The translations under genes were made by a program, and so were the position numbers. Below the pieces are notes generated by a model that saw only the letters and a program-made list of their open reading frames with translations, did no database searches and had not been told where the DNA came from. Source: Spirochaetales bacterium (lineage in GTDB: Bacteria; Spirochaetota; Spirochaetia; UBA9216). Taken from it: a DNA stretch of 64,000 nt. Positions 63,631 to 64,000 of this stretch are shown here, piece by piece. The DNA lies in the NCBI GenBank assembly GCA_003245835.1, contig QKCC01000072.1:9982-73981 (forward strand), in the 5' to 3' direction. Numbering within the stretch: position 1 is the first letter of the stretch; the number at the start of each line of letters is the position of its first letter.

Positions 63631-64000
63631 ATGGCAAGGCAGAGAGATGAACATAAACGGGAACAAATTATAGAAACCGCTATAAAACTGTTCTCACAGC
63701 AGGGTTTTCATGCAACATCTATTCAGGATATTGTTGCAGCGTCCGGCCTTTCAGTCGGAACAATATACCTGTATTTCGCGAATAAGGAAGAGATCTTTGA
63801 CGCAATCTTTGAAAGCGGGCTGGAGGCTTTTGCCGTCGATCTTTTCAGCAATGTTGATCCCCATCAGTCCAACGAAGAAATAGCCGAAGTCTTTGTTTCG
63901 ACAATTCTCGATACAATCTACAAGAATAACAGGCTTGTCACCATATTGACAAATGAGCTCAGCTTCCAGAAGAAGCTTCAGGGAATGTATTCAAAGCTTG
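63631..64000 (+). CDS. TetR/AcrR-family transcriptional regulator (3' end runs off the window)
   Basis: I translated it by hand: MARQRDEHKREQIIETAIKLFSQQGFHATSIQDIVAASGLSVGTIYLYFANKEEIF. This is the canonical TetR N-terminal HTH. It is divergent from the MFP/RND pair and absent from the ORF track because there is no stop codon inside the window. Confidence 0.88.
   Translation, partial: MARQRDEHKREQIIETAIKLFSQQGFHATSIQDIVAASGLSVGTIYLYFANKEEIFDAIFESGLEAFAVDLFSNVDPHQSNEEIAEVFVSTILDTIYKNNRLVTILTNELSFQKKLQGMYSKL

Overview
The window is a gene-dense, mostly housekeeping chromosomal segment, about 95% coding. I saw no rRNA, tRNA, CRISPR array, transposase, integrase or obvious defence or toxin genes.

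**Likely source.** The gene content and order look spirochete-like (Treponema/Spirochaeta-type). The evidence is a roughly 900-aa long-form GreA and a tamB-bamA-skp block with no tamA. This taxonomic call is an inference, not a search result.

**Gene order, left to right.**
- mreC (5' partial)-mreD-mrdA-rodA, followed by a fused radical-SAM/DUF2344-like gene (+ strand), then a convergent mazG.
- A long minus-strand run: a small membrane protein, a lipoprotein, a CHASE2 class III cyclase, a membrane-anchored TPR protein, a GAF/sigma-54 activator, rpsA, cmk, rluB, scpB, scpA, folK and recA.
- A tight three-gene TPR / secreted protein / TPR envelope-like cluster, then rpe.
- A plus-strand trio: a TPR-like protein, long GreA, and a vWA-Ig-TM protein with an FHA-like tail.
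- A 27.5-kb co-oriented minus-strand run: periplasmic HEAT protein, murJ, tgt, lptG/F-like genes, dut, pnp, rpsO, ribF-like, truB, rbfA, infB, nusA, rimP, comF, mutS, skp, bamA and tamB.
- tmk and a secreted hypothetical protein (+ strand), then an RND/MFP efflux pair with a divergent tetR that is 3' partial.

**No convincing novel system.** The best uncharacterised candidates are:
- the TPR / secreted / TPR-TM operon upstream of recA (20683-23886);
- the TPR-like / long GreA / vWA plus-strand unit (24780-30498);
- the CHASE2 cyclase with an overlapping lipoprotein gene and a small membrane protein (8158-11696);
- the radical-SAM fusion attached to the cell-shape operon (4532-7024);
- a recA leader region packed with perfect A/T-rich palindromes (20393-20567).

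**Basis.** All calls rest on motif recognition in the supplied translations and manual reading of the intergenic DNA. Start codons were adjusted by hand in several places. No database search was run.
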